NCBI RefSeq assembly: GCF_028368995.1
Contig: NZ_JAQNDL010000001.1
Location: 1,216,001-1,280,000 of the forward strand
Origin: Nannocystis bainbridge
Lineage (GTDB): Bacteria > Myxococcota_A > Polyangia > Nannocystales > Nannocystaceae
Direction of reading: 5' to 3'
Length of the DNA stretch: 64,000 nucleotides
Part shown: piece after piece, positions 51,979 to 62,892 of the stretch
How the letters are laid out: the number at the start of each line of letters is the position of its first letter
Position numbering within the stretch: the first letter of the stretch is position 1
Notes under the pieces: model-generated
Databases searched by the model: none
What the model was told of the DNA's origin: nothing
What the model saw: only the letters and a program-made list of their open reading frames with translations
Made by a program: the position numbers and the translations under genes

Positions 51979-52274
51979 GCAATAATTGTAGGTGCGGGCG
52001 CGGGCGCGGCCAATGTGGGGTCAGCGAGCGCGGAGGCGGCGAAGACCGCGACCCGAGCGTCCGGCGGCCCCGCTCGTGGGCTTCACCGTCGAGGCCGGCG
52101 TCGAGGAGGCGGACGATCCGGACGGCCCTGTCCGGCGGGCGCGGGCGACCGTCACGAACGCGCGTGGTGCGCGGAAGGAATCGCAGCACCCTCGACGGGC
52201 GGAATGATATGTCCCCGAGGACATGTGGCGACCGTGCCGCGAACGCGGGCCGTGGAGATCCAGTGAAGCTCCGA

Positions 52275-52670
52275 GGAGTACGTCGCGCGGATGGACGACG
52301 TCCTCGACACCCTGGCGCAACCGGCCGACCGTCGGAGCCGGTCGTCGCGCTCGATGAACGGCCGGCCGCTCGTCCTGGCCGACCAGCCTCACCTGGCCGC
52401 ATGGCCCGCCAGGACTATGAATACGTTCGGCGCGGAACCGCAAATATCTTCTGTATCGTCGAGCCCAAGGCAGGGTGCCACCTGACCTATGCGACGCCGA
52501 ACTGCACGGCGAAGCAGTTCGCTCGAGCTCTCCGCAGAATAGCTCAACGATATCGTTCGGCGCGGACGATTCACCTCGTCATGGACAATCTCAACACGCA
52601 CCGGAAAACTCGTTGTGCACGACCTTCGGCGGTGTTGCGGGGCGCGAGCTCTGGAGCCGCTTTACGAGGA
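52275..52670 (+). mobile_element. IS630-family transposase remnant
   Basis: EYVARMDDVLD / VVALDERP / DYEYVRRGTANIF / IHLVMDNLNTH, with frameshifts. Confidence 0.8.
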
Positions 52671-52773
52671 AGTGTTGCGGGTTCGGGGCGCGACCTTGAG
52701 AAGCTCTACGGCTTGTCCTGCCCGCGCTTCGCCGAGCCCGAAGCCGCTCCACATTGTGCTCGGGCGTGTCGTC

Positions 52774-53511
52774 CTAATCCCGACTAAGCGGCTCCAGATA
52801 TTTCCGGAGGGCTTCCCACGGCGGCTGATGGTGGCTGTCGAGTCTTCCCAAATGCTGCATAGACACATCTTGAATTCCGGCAGCCTTGTTGTGTGCGGAC
52901 CCCATGCCTTCCCAGCGGTTTGCCATTCTATGGCTGACGAGGAAATCGATAATCGCCTCGAAGCGCAAGGGGTCAACCTCCCGCGAGAGGAAGACAGCAT
53001 CCATCCCAGGTGCCTTCATGTAAGAAACGGGCCCGTCATCGAGTGTTCCGGCCATCAAGGCAATGAACTGCGAAGACAGAACATGTATAGCATCTGCCAT
53101 CTCGCGCATGACTCTTAGCGTTGGCACATCGGATTCAGCGAGTACCTTGGCGAGTTGCCGATACAGCCGATCCGGCACCTTCGGGGTCTGCATGCGATCG
53201 ACCGCGAGCAAAACAAGGCAGCTCTTGCCCAGTTCATTGTCAACGGACTGGATATCTCGGAGTTGCTCCTGAACCAAAGTATGAAGGCCAGGATCGTCGG
53301 CGCGTTGGCCGACATATAGAGAAACCGCTGCAAAGTTGCCCTGATCAACATACGGTCGCACCGTCTCGAGGAACGTCTCCGCGGCTCTTCGTTCCTTTTC
53401 GGAAGCGGTGTCTTCAACAGCTCCTCGCATAAGCGATAAGCCTGGAATGAGGTCAAGCACCCTCGCTAGGGTATTTCTGAAAATCTTCTTGTTGCGATCT
53501 TCTGACGGCAT
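52774..53511 (-). CDS. low-GC hypothetical protein
   Basis: 245-aa ORF from MPSEDRNKK; visibly AT-richer than its surroundings. Confidence 0.7.
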   Translation of the reverse strand: MPSEDRNKKIFRNTLARVLDLIPGLSLMRGAVEDTASEKERRAAETFLETVRPYVDQGNFAAVSLYVGQRADDPGLHTLVQEQLRDIQSVDNELGKSCLVLLAVDRMQTPKVPDRLYRQLAKVLAESDVPTLRVMREMADAIHVLSSQFIALMAGTLDDGPVSYMKAPGMDAVFLSREVDPLRFEAIIDFLVSHRMANRWEGMGSAHNKAAGIQDVSMQHLGRLDSHHQPPWEALRKYLEPLSRD

Positions 53512-54221
53512 CCCCACCAGGATCGGGCGTCCCATCAATGAATTCAAGAGTGAACTAGGCGCCGCGGCGCGCCGCTGGCCCGGCTCGAAGGTCGCGTCGC
53601 GCAGGTCGCGGTCGCTGCTCGGCGAGCTGAGCAGCTCGGCGATGATGATGTCCGGCAGTGGGCAGGCGAGGTCGGCGACCAAGCTCGACACCATCACCGA
53701 CCTCGTCGTCGGGCCCAGCGTCGGGGCCATCGTCCTCTCGCAGAAGAGGCTGGACGCCCAGTCCGGCGACCTGCGGGCGATTGTACTGGCGCGGGCTAAC
53801 TCGCAGCCAGCTCCATCTTGATGGACCTCGATCGGCCGCTCGCCCACGCCCTCATCAACGCCGTGATGGTTCGGCCCGGTCTCATCGCCATCCGCGCGCT
53901 CGTCGACATGGAGCGCGAGCGACAGGACCGCGAGCGGGCCGCCGCCGCTGCCCGTGAGGCCGCCGAGGCCGCTGCCCGCGAGGCCGCCGAGGCCAGCGCT
54001 CGCGCCGAAGCCGAGGCGCAGGACCGTGCCGCGGCCGCGGTCGCCGAAGAAGCCCGCCGGGGCCGAGGAGCGCCGCCAGCACCGCCATCGCGCTCGGTGC
54101 AAGAGGGTGCTGATGGCGGCAAGGTCCTGATCGCCCGCCTGCTCGAGTGAGCGCAGGAGGCGAATCGTGCTCGTGCGCTTCCCGGCGTGACCCGGGCCCG
54201 GGCGGGCCGTAAGTTGTTATC

Positions 54222-56213
54222 ATGGCACCCCAGAACGTCGCACGGAAGCTCATCGCCTCGCACCTGCTCGAAGGGGAGATGATCCCAGGCCAGGAGATCG
54301 GCCTGCGCATCGACCAGACGCTGACCCAGGACGCCACCGGCACGCTGGTGATGCTCGAGCTCGAGGCGATGGGCCTCGAGCGGGCGGCCACCGAGGTTTC
54401 GGTGCAATACGTCGACCACAACCTGCTGCAGACCGACTTCAAGAATCCCGACGACCACCTGTTCCTCCAGGCGATCTGTCAGCGCTTCGGCATCTGGTAC
54501 AGCCGCCCGGGGAACGGCGTCAGCCATGCGGTGCACATGGAACGCTTCGGCAGGCCCGGACGCTCGCTGGCCGGCTCGGACAGCCATACCCCGGCCGCGG
54601 GCTCGATGGGCATGCTCGCCTTCGGCGCCGGCGGACTCGATGTGGCGTTCGCCATCGCCGGCGAACCGCTGTACCTGAGGATGCCGAAGATCCTCGGCGT
54701 CGAGCTGGTCGGCGCGCTGCCCCCCTGGGTTAGCGCCAAGGACCTCGTGCTCGAGATGCTGCGCCGGCACGACGTCAAGGGCTGCCGCGGCATGATCGTC
54801 GAGTACTTCGGCGACGGCCTGGCGGGGCTCACGGCGATGGACCGCCATGTCATTGCCAATATGGGCACCGAGCTCGGCGCAACCACCACGGTCTTCCCCT
54901 CCGACGAGCAGGTCCGGCGCTTCCTGCGCCTGCAACGCCGCGAGCAGGACTGGGTCGAGCTCATCGCCGACGCCGGCTGCGACTACGACCTAGTCGAGCG
55001 TATTGAGCTGCCGGCGCTCGAACCGCTGATTGCGTGCCCGTCGAGCCCCGGCAACGTGGTCCGCGTGCGCGAGGTCGAGGGCCGCCCGATCTACCAGTCG
55101 TACATCGGCTCCTCGGCCAACCCCGGCCTGCGCGACTTCTGGATCGCCGCCGAGATCGTCAAGGGCCTACGTGCGCACGAGCGCGTCTCGCTCGACATCA
55201 ACCCGACCTCGCGGGCGCTGATCGAGAACCTGGCGCGCCTGGGCTCGTTCCAGCAGTTGATCGCCGCCGGGGCGCGCTTCCACCAGGCCGGCTGCAACGG
55301 CTGCATCGGCATGGGCCAGGCTCCGGCCACTCACCAGATCAGCCTGCGCACCGTGCCGCGCAACTTCCCCGGCCGCTCGGGCACCAAGGAGGACCTGGTC
55401 TACCTGGTCAGCCCCGAGACCGCCGCCGCCTCGGCACTGGCCGGCGCCATCACCGATCCGCGCGACCTCGAGAAGCTCTACGGCCTGTCCTGCCCGCGCT
55501 TCGCCGAGCCCGAAGACCAGGCAATCAACCATGACCTGATCGCTCCCGCGCCTTCCGCCGGTATCGCCGAACGCTTCGAGCGGGGGCCCAACATCAAGGC
55601 GCTGCCGCTGTTCGCTCCGCTGGTCGACGACGCCGAGGTGCCGGTGCTGCTGAAGATGGACGATGACATCTCGACCGACGAGATCTTGATGGCGGGGGCG
55701 CGCGCGCTGCCCTTCCGTAGCAACATCCCCGCGATCAGCCAGTACGCCTTCTTCGCCATCGATGAGACCTTCGCCGCGCGTGCGCACGTCGCCAAGGAGC
55801 AGCACGGCGGTCACGTGGTCATCGCCGGCGACAACTACGGGCAGGGCTCGAGCCGCGAGCACGCCGCGCTCGCGCCGCGCTACCTCGGCCAGATCGCGGT
55901 GATCGCCAGGAGCTATGCGCGCATCGCCTGGCAGAACCTGGCGAACTTCGGCATCCTGGCGCTGACATTCGTCGATCCCGCCGACTACGATTGGATCGAG
56001 CAGGGCGACCAGTTCGCGTTCTCGGACCTGCGCGAGCGCGTCGCCGCGGGCGGTGTCATCGTGGTCCGCAACCTGACCCAGCGGCGCGACGTACGCTGCG
56101 CGCACCAGCTCAGCGAGCGCCAGGTGCGCGCAGTGCTCGCCGGCGGGCTGATCAACCAATTCCGGCAACAGCGCGGGGTGGGCAATGACGGCCCGCTGCG
56201 GTGCGCTCGTTGA
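54222..56213 (+). CDS. aconitate hydratase (aconitase family, fused swivel domain)
   Basis: TQDATG, DHN, GSDSHT, CNGCIG, RNFPGR, STDEI, NYGQGSSREHA. Confidence 0.93.
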   Translation: MAPQNVARKLIASHLLEGEMIPGQEIGLRIDQTLTQDATGTLVMLELEAMGLERAATEVSVQYVDHNLLQTDFKNPDDHLFLQAICQRFGIWYSRPGNGVSHAVHMERFGRPGRSLAGSDSHTPAAGSMGMLAFGAGGLDVAFAIAGEPLYLRMPKILGVELVGALPPWVSAKDLVLEMLRRHDVKGCRGMIVEYFGDGLAGLTAMDRHVIANMGTELGATTTVFPSDEQVRRFLRLQRREQDWVELIADAGCDYDLVERIELPALEPLIACPSSPGNVVRVREVEGRPIYQSYIGSSANPGLRDFWIAAEIVKGLRAHERVSLDINPTSRALIENLARLGSFQQLIAAGARFHQAGCNGCIGMGQAPATHQISLRTVPRNFPGRSGTKEDLVYLVSPETAAASALAGAITDPRDLEKLYGLSCPRFAEPEDQAINHDLIAPAPSAGIAERFERGPNIKALPLFAPLVDDAEVPVLLKMDDDISTDEILMAGARALPFRSNIPAISQYAFFAIDETFAARAHVAKEQHGGHVVIAGDNYGQGSSREHAALAPRYLGQIAVIARSYARIAWQNLANFGILALTFVDPADYDWIEQGDQFAFSDLRERVAAGGVIVVRNLTQRRDVRCAHQLSERQVRAVLAGGLINQFRQQRGVGNDGPLRCAR

Positions 56214-56623
56214 CAGCCACGCGGATCGCCGCGTAGCGTCGGGCCGATGTGGAAGTGCCTCGTCCTCGCCATGTTCGCGGTCGCTTGCGGTGAGGCCGGG
56301 CCCAGCGCGATCGCCAAGGTCCAGGCGGCGCATCGCCGGCCCCTCGCGCGCGCGTCGCGGTCACCCGTCGGGCTGCACCGCCAGCAATTCGACGATCTCG
56401 CCGGCGTGGTTCGAGGATTCAGTCTACTCCGTTGCGTCGTCGGAGGACGAAGCTATTTGCTTGGTAACCCGCTCGGAGGACATCTGGACGCAGTATGTGC
56501 TGGACGACGAGACGTTCGATGACCGTTTGGTAGCCGGCTTCACAAAAACGTCGAAATGATAATTCGGGAGCGATCGGCGGGAATTTAATTCCCGCTGTTG
56601 AATCGATGTGGTAGGGCTAAAGC

Positions 56624-57169
56624 ATGTCGCCTATACAAGCCCTTCAACTCGCTCGTACGGCGAGCGCGACACCGAAGAGCCCGATCGGTCTCCTCAAGGT
56701 TGTGTTCATTCTCGGCTACGGGACCCCAGGCTCGGTGGTTTTCGCTCGCCTCGATGTGATGGGGACCGCCGAGCGTGCGCTGCTCTTGGGATTCTTGATG
56801 TTCTATCCGCTCGTCATTTTATCGGTCCTGTATTTGCTGGTGTCGAGGCATTACCCAAAGCTGTACACCCCCTATGACTTTCGAGAAGAAGCCCACTTCC
56901 TCGCATTGGCCCGAATGCAAAGTTCGAAGTCCATGAAGATTCATGACAAGAGGGATTCCGCTGTCCAAGAACCGTCGGGCGGGGCAGTGCTGGGCCCGCT
57001 CAAGCTGGAGCCGGCACCTCGCATTGCGACGGATGAGACGTCCGAGGGGCAAGAGCTCGACCTTCCCGCTCCTCGCGGAGGAGGCAGCAAAAGGCGCAGG
57101 GCGAGCGCGTCGACCCCGAATTCAGAGGTCGAGGAGCGCGCCCCCCTCCGACGTGGCTCCCCCGCATGA
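56624..57169 (+). CDS. low-GC membrane protein
   Basis: Hydrophobic helices followed by KLYTPYDFREEAHFL. Confidence 0.55.
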   Translation: MSPIQALQLARTASATPKSPIGLLKVVFILGYGTPGSVVFARLDVMGTAERALLLGFLMFYPLVILSVLYLLVSRHYPKLYTPYDFREEAHFLALARMQSSKSMKIHDKRDSAVQEPSGGAVLGPLKLEPAPRIATDETSEGQELDLPAPRGGGSKRRRASASTPNSEVEERAPLRRGSPA

Positions 57170-57804
57170 CGGAACAGGACCTCCGCACGGTCGCACTGGT
57201 CAGAGGGGCGGTGGGTCGTGTGCGGCCTCCTGGCGCAGCTTGGAGCACACGTGCAGAAGCACCGCGCTGCGGGGGTCGACGCTGCCGCGGGCCTGTATCG
57301 TCCCACGACCACGACCGCGAGCCTGGCACGCGTTGCCGCCACCGCCGTGCGGGGCGTCTCCGGGGTTAGGACCGCCGAGGACGCCGCACAGGCGCTCCAG
57401 GCGAGCGAGGAGCGTCGACTGCTTGCCCTCGACTCGGCCGAGCTCGGGGGCCTGGCGCTCAAGCTGTTGCATCCGCGGTTGGCGGCGGACGCCGACCCGT
57501 TCAGGACGGGCATCCACCGCCACGGGCCGCTGCCTACAGCAGGAGCGCGTAGAGGTCGTTCCCCTGCGGCCGGACCGCCTTGAGATAGCGACCAATCTCA
57601 CCTGCGTCGGATGTCTCATCCAAGGTCCCCTCGGAAGCAGACCTCGCTGGGCTTGGCACGACTGCGCCCGGACCGTAACTGTGAGGCCGCGCGGCGTCCG
57701 GCACGCGGCCCGGGTGCAGCGAAATGGTTGTAACAGCGGCGAGGCGACGGGGACTCAAGGGCGACGGCGGCCGTGGGGCCGCGCCACCTCTTGAGGTTCC
57801 TTCG

Positions 57805-59637
57805 ATGCGTCTCTTATTGCAATCTTCGACCCTAAGCGCGGTGTTTACGATCGCGCCGTCCGTGCTGGCCGCTCCACCGCACATCAATTCACTGTCGTCA
57901 GCCTTCGTGGTCCACAACGGGCGCGTGCGGATCGCCGGCACCGATTTCGGCAAGGCGCCCGGGCTCGTCGCGGGCGCGAGCGTGGAGATCGGCGGGGTAC
58001 CGGTTGCGACCGCGCGCTGGGCGGAGACGGCGATCAGCGCGTACGTCACGGCCGACGTGCCGCTCGGGGACACGACGATTCGCGTGATCACGAGCGAGGG
58101 CGCGAGCGAGGCGGCGCCGCTGACGATCGAGCCGCTGCCGCCAGCCGACGGAAGAATCGCGTGGCGCTTCCAGGTCGACGGTATGGGGATTCAGCACCGC
58201 AGCGGGATCGGCCCTGATGGGACGGTGATCGCCGTCGACGCGCTGGGATTCGTTTATGCGCTCGGGCACGACGGGCTGTTGCGGTGGATCCACGACGGGC
58301 CGCGGCGGGCGGGTCACGAGCACGGCAGCGGCAGCGAGGGACCGGTGGCGGTCGGAGCCGACGGATCGAGCTACGTGGGGATCCAGCCGCTCGGTCCGGA
58401 CCTACACTTGCACGCGCTGGCGCCCGACGGGTCGCTGAAGTGGATCCTCAACGAGCCGTGGGCCCACACCGTGTCGGGGCCGGCGATCGGGCCCGAGGGC
58501 GACGTGTACTGGGCGGTGACGGCTGCGGGCGGTGGACTGCAGCGGATCAAGCCGTCAGGGGAGTTGGTGTGGGACCACGCCGGCCAGCCGAAGCTCGACG
58601 CGTCGTTTTACGAGCGCTCGCACGAGCTGGTGTTCGGGCCGTCGCGCCCGAACGGGCCGCTCGATCAGGCGTACTTCGCGGTGACGCTCGGCGATCTGTA
58701 TCAGGGGATGCCGACGCCGCCGTTCCTGTTTGGGTTCGACCTCGATGGCCAGCAGCGATTCGCCACCTACGTGCAATCACTGTCGGGCTCGTTCGGCCCG
58801 CGCGGCCAGGCGGCGGTGGGGCCCGACGGCCGGGTGTATCTCTCGAGTTGGGGGCTCCCCGAGGGCTGGGGCTTGCACGCGTACGAGCCCGGCGGCGGAT
58901 CGCGGGTGTGGTCGTATTATCCGGACCCCGGCAACGTGGTGTCGACGCCGGAGTTCGACGCGGACGGCAATGTGTACGTGATGCACGACGGGGCGTACTT
59001 GACGTCGCTCGACGCCGCGGGGTCGCTGCGCTGGGAGATCGGGATGGAGCCGGGATCGCGGCTGGGACCGTCGCTCAGCCCCGATGGTGGCACGCTCCTG
59101 ATCGACGGGATGGACAGTGCGCCCGACGGCGAGTTGGACGCCTACGACGCGGCGACGGGGACGCAGCTGTGGAAGATCCCGTTCCCGATCGAGAACGGTA
59201 CGTATCAGATGCCGAGCGCGCGGGCGCGGTTCACGGCCGACGGGACGCGGGCGTATGTCAGCACCGTGATTGGCGGACAGCCCGAGGAGGATGTGTACGG
59301 CTGGCTCTACGCGATCGACGTCGAGGAGGCGCCGCATCCTGGGGAAACGACGGGCGGCGAGGAGAGCGCGACCGGCGAGACCGCGACGAGCACGAGCGCG
59401 GGGGAGACGAGCGGCGAGATGCCGACGACTTCACCGGTGGAGGGTTCGACGGGCACCGGCACGGGCGAGGACGATGGCGGCGATGGCGGGTCCTCGGCCG
59501 GAGAGACGGGCGCGGAGGCGGATCCCGGGGCGGAGGGCTGCGGCTGCCGCAGCATGAACGGCAGCGGGGCGGGCTGGTTGCTTGCGCCGTTGTGGTGGAA
59601 GCTTCGCCGATGCTCGCGTCGCCGGCCCAACCGGTAG
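57805..59637 (+). CDS. surface protein with IPT/TIG and PQQ-like beta-propeller domains and a MYXO-CTERM sorting signal
   Basis: Repeated 'AL..DG.L.W' blades; T/G/E linker; GCGCRS...WLLAPLWWKLRR. Confidence 0.85.
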   Translation: MRLLLQSSTLSAVFTIAPSVLAAPPHINSLSSAFVVHNGRVRIAGTDFGKAPGLVAGASVEIGGVPVATARWAETAISAYVTADVPLGDTTIRVITSEGASEAAPLTIEPLPPADGRIAWRFQVDGMGIQHRSGIGPDGTVIAVDALGFVYALGHDGLLRWIHDGPRRAGHEHGSGSEGPVAVGADGSSYVGIQPLGPDLHLHALAPDGSLKWILNEPWAHTVSGPAIGPEGDVYWAVTAAGGGLQRIKPSGELVWDHAGQPKLDASFYERSHELVFGPSRPNGPLDQAYFAVTLGDLYQGMPTPPFLFGFDLDGQQRFATYVQSLSGSFGPRGQAAVGPDGRVYLSSWGLPEGWGLHAYEPGGGSRVWSYYPDPGNVVSTPEFDADGNVYVMHDGAYLTSLDAAGSLRWEIGMEPGSRLGPSLSPDGGTLLIDGMDSAPDGELDAYDAATGTQLWKIPFPIENGTYQMPSARARFTADGTRAYVSTVIGGQPEEDVYGWLYAIDVEEAPHPGETTGGEESATGETATSTSAGETSGEMPTTSPVEGSTGTGTGEDDGGDGGSSAGETGAEADPGAEGCGCRSMNGSGAGWLLAPLWWKLRRCSRRRPNR

Positions 59638-59779
59638 TAGGACCTTAAGGTCCCATCTCGATGGTCTGCCACGGCTCACAGCTCGGGCCGCCTCACCAGC
59701 ACGGGGATCATCATCGGCACGCCGATGTGCATGTCCCGGGAGCAGGCCCAGACCTGCCCGCCCCGCTGGGCCCTGCGCT

Positions 59780-60330
59780 CCGCAGTCACCGGCGCCCACG
59801 TCTTCTTCGCCGCGTGGGGCAAGTTCGAGCCCTACTCCGCCAGCGACGCGCAAGCGGCTATACACGTCCGGCTCACCGTCACCGGCGAGGCCGGCGCGGA
59901 ACGCCGCGACCGCCTCGGCCTCGCGCCCGAGCGGCACGATCTGCTTGCCCCGCTGCAGATGCAGCAGCGCCAGCCGCGGCTCTGCAGTCAATGCCCTTTC
60001 GGACAGGTCGAGCTTCACCTCGGGCGCCATCGGCCCGTCCTGCAGCGCATGTGCGACGAGGAAGATCTCGTGGGCAACGGCCCCGGCCGCGAGCTGACCC
60101 GCGAGCCAGCGATCGGAGCGGCAGTGGAACCATCCGGGCGCCAGACTCTCGACTTCCGCGTAGGCGGCTTCCGCTTCGGCATAGCGCCGCAGGTGGAGCA
60201 GGGTGAAGGCGGCCTGGTAACGACAGTGCGGATCGTGGCGATCGGCGGCCGCAGCCCGCTCGAAGTGAGCGAGGGCCTCGGCGTGTTCGCCCTCGCCGCC
60301 GCAGGCCTCTCCCGCCCCGGTGGCCTCGGG
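59780..60330 (-). pseudogene. TPR-repeat protein fragment
   Basis: ALAHFERAAAADRHDP..YQAAFTLLHLRRYAEA; both ends disrupted. Confidence 0.6.
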
Positions 60331-60462
60331 CTCGAAGCCCGGGACCAACATCCTCGCCGTCGACACCGACGCGCTGCAGGCGAGCCGAACATCACGGCGA
60401 CGAGAGTGACGGTGAGCATGCCCGAAAGGTGACGCGATACCGCGCCAGATCGAGCGGCGACC

Positions 60463-61218
60463 TCACCAGGGGATCGGGCCGTCGTCGTTGGAGAACGTAC
60501 CTGTCGGTCCGTCCGGCCCGAGCAGCGCCAGCCGCACCGGCTCGCGCGCGCCCTCGACGACGCTCCGCGGCCCGCTGTGAGCGTTGAGATCGGTCGCCGT
60601 GTAGCCGGGGCACGCGGCGTTGACCTTGATCGGGGTGTCGGCGAGCTCCTGCGCGAACGCGATGGTCACGGCATTGAGCGCGCTCTTCGACGGGCCGTAG
60701 GCGACACCGCCGACGCCGCGGAACGGATATGCGGGATCGCTGATCGAGGTCAGCGAGCCGATGCCGCTCGACACGTTGACGATCCGCCCCGCCGGCGCCG
60801 CGCGGAGCAGCGGCAGCATCGCCTGCGTCACGGCGATGACGCCGAAGACGTTGGTCTCGAACACCGCCCGGACGTCCGCCAGCGAGGCCACGCTCGGCGC
60901 CCCGCTGCGGGTGATGGCGGCGAGCGACGCGTCTCCGGCCGCGCCGCCATGGGCGATGCCAGCGTTGTTGACGAGGACGTCGAGCCGCCCGAGCTCGCGC
61001 TGGATCCACGCGGCGGCGGTTGCGATCGTGGCGGCATCGGTGACGTCGAGCACGAGCGAGCGGGCGTCGCCGGTGATCTGTTTCGCCGCGGCCTCGCCGC
61101 GCGCGCGGTCGCGGGCGCCGACGAGCACCGTGTAGCCGCGCGCCGCGAGCTCCCTGGCGATCTGAAGGCCGATACCTTTGTTGGCCCCGGTGACCAGGGC
61201 GACGAATTTGTCATGCAT
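60463..61218 (-). CDS. SDR oxidoreductase (carbonyl reductase-like)
   Basis: TGANKGIG, NNAG, YGPSK, CPGYTATDLN. Confidence 0.95.
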   Translation of the reverse strand: MHDKFVALVTGANKGIGLQIARELAARGYTVLVGARDRARGEAAAKQITGDARSLVLDVTDAATIATAAAWIQRELGRLDVLVNNAGIAHGGAAGDASLAAITRSGAPSVASLADVRAVFETNVFGVIAVTQAMLPLLRAAPAGRIVNVSSGIGSLTSISDPAYPFRGVGGVAYGPSKSALNAVTIAFAQELADTPIKVNAACPGYTATDLNAHSGPRSVVEGAREPVRLALLGPDGPTGTFSNDDGPIPW

Positions 61219-61250
61219 GGCCCCGTGATAGCGATCGCCAGCGGCGCTGC

Positions 61251-61296
61251 CTTGGTGATCCTTGGCACGGAGACGCCTCCGCCAAGAATGCCCAAG
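61251..61296. promoter_or_regulatory. inverted repeat, likely AraC operator between the divergent SDR and AraC genes
   Basis: CTTGGTGATCCTTGGC ... GCCAAGAATGCCCAAG. Confidence 0.5.
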
Positions 61297-61320
61297 CCGC
61301 CCCGGCGCGCTCGCCCTATC

Positions 61321-62088
61321 ATGAAGCGCGTGGCGATCCGCACCGACATCCTCGCGGTCTCCGTGCCCGGTCTACGGGCAGTGCGCTGGTCCACCGACGA
61401 GCTCCATGCGGGGATGAAGGAGACGTACTCGATCGCGCGCGTCGAAACCGGCCGCTCGGAGTGGTGGTGCGGCGGCAAGGTGTGGCGCTGCGAGCCAGGC
61501 TCGTTGCAGCTCGCCGGGCCCGGGCAGGTCCATCGCGACGTCTCGCGTGACGGCCCGAGCACGGCCCAGATCGTCTCGTTTGCGGCCTCCACTGTCGAAA
61601 GCGCGATCGGCCCGGTCCGGGTACGTCCGCAGCTCACCGCCGACGATGCCCGCGGCGCCGCGTTCCAGCGCCTTCACGACGCCGTCCACGCCCGCGCCGA
61701 TCGCCTCGAGCTGGAGGTCGCGGTCGCCGAGGGGATCGCCGCGCTCGCGTCGATCGGCGACGCGACGTTCGAACACACGCGACCGGTCCGGCGATCGCTC
61801 GAGCTGTTGCGCGAGCGACTCGCCGATCCCGTCACGCTCGACGATCTCGCCGCGTACGCCGGCCTCGACAAGTTCCACCTGTGCCGGGCGTTCCGTTCGC
61901 AGGTCGGGATGCCACCACACGCCTATTTTACGCGGCTGCGGATCTTGCGGGCCAAGCAGCTGTTGGCCGCCGGGGTGAAGCCTCGTGACATCGCCCCGCA
62001 GGTCGGGCTGTACGACCAGAGCCAGCTCAATCGGCACTTCCGCCGCATCGTCGGCACGACCCCGGGCCAGTACGCGCGCGGCCTCTGA
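61321..62088 (+). CDS. AraC-family transcriptional regulator
   Basis: TLDDLAAYAGLDKFHLCRAF; GLYDQSQLNRHFRRIVGTTPGQY. Confidence 0.95.
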   Translation: MKRVAIRTDILAVSVPGLRAVRWSTDELHAGMKETYSIARVETGRSEWWCGGKVWRCEPGSLQLAGPGQVHRDVSRDGPSTAQIVSFAASTVESAIGPVRVRPQLTADDARGAAFQRLHDAVHARADRLELEVAVAEGIAALASIGDATFEHTRPVRRSLELLRERLADPVTLDDLAAYAGLDKFHLCRAFRSQVGMPPHAYFTRLRILRAKQLLAAGVKPRDIAPQVGLYDQSQLNRHFRRIVGTTPGQYARGL

Positions 62089-62188
62089 CGCACAGGTCGA
62101 GACGGCCGAGCGCGACGCCACAGCGTGAGGTCCGACAGCCGCGGCCGAGCGCGGGACCATCCGAAATCTGGGGGTAGGAGGAAGGGTC

Positions 62189-62480
62189 ATGATCACTGCT
62201 GCGTTCGTGCGCGAGTACAAGCCTCGCGCGATGAAGTCACGTGCGACGCGCTCCCCGGGTTCATTCTGCGGGTTCTGCTCACCGGGAAGAAGGTTGCGCT
62301 GATCCGCTACCGCATCGACGGGAAGGACCGCCGGGTCAAGATCGGGCTGCTCGGGCCCGCACTGTCGATCGACGAGGGCGCAGCGGCGTGCTGCCGTCAT
62401 GCTCGCTGACGTCACAGCCGACGCGAGCGACGATGAGCCGCCGGTCCCGCGGGCCGCGGGCAGGGCCGCGCGAGTGAAAC
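62189..62480 (+). pseudogene. tyrosine integrase N-terminal arm-binding domain (DUF4102-like), frameshifted and truncated
   Basis: AGGAGG RBS; MITAAFVREYKP / EVTCDALPGFILRVLLTGKKVALIRYRIDGKDRRVKIG...LSIDE; catalytic domain absent. Confidence 0.75.
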
Positions 62481-62624
62481 AGGTGGAATCGGCGTCGTTC
62501 AGATCGTCACGCTCCGCCAGCTCGCCGAGCGTGCGCTGCTTCCAGACCCGGCGGGGGCGCCGCTGCGGAGCCGCGAAGACGGCGCCTCCGCCTCGGCAGC
62601 GCGGCCAGACCGCTCCCTAGCGCA

Positions 62625-62659
62625 AGAGTCTGTCACAGGTCGGGCCTGTGACAGACTCT
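62625..62659. repeat. perfect 15-bp inverted repeat
   Basis: AGAGTCTGTCACAGG-TCGGG-CCTGTGACAGACTCT. Confidence 0.9.
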
Positions 62660-62892
62660 GGGACGAAACCTGACCGGAGCAGATGAGCGCAGAACAAACC
62701 GAGCATCTTCAACCCCGCGCGCATTTTCGAGAATTCAGGGCTGCGCTGTTTCTGGCGCGGGGTTTGCTGATGTTTAGAACTTGTTCCACAGCTACCAGTT
62801 GCTCTTCGAGAGGCCTATGCAGTGTGCGTTCAGCATCACCGCATCACCGCCGAACGTCGGTAAGCCGTGGAAACCACAAATCAGCCACCGCA

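Noticed and set aside
48788-52402. 1204-aa ORF and many other long Arg/Pro/Ala-rich ORFs in the track
   Set aside because: Shadow ORFs in alternative frames or strands of real GC-rich genes.
53821-54150. Short Ala/Glu/Arg-rich ORF upstream of aconitase
   Set aside because: Low complexity with a 21-bp duplication; no function can be supported.
56247-56559. Possible frameshifted small lipoprotein
   Set aside because: A signal peptide and lipobox are plausible, but the continuation cannot be verified without homologues.
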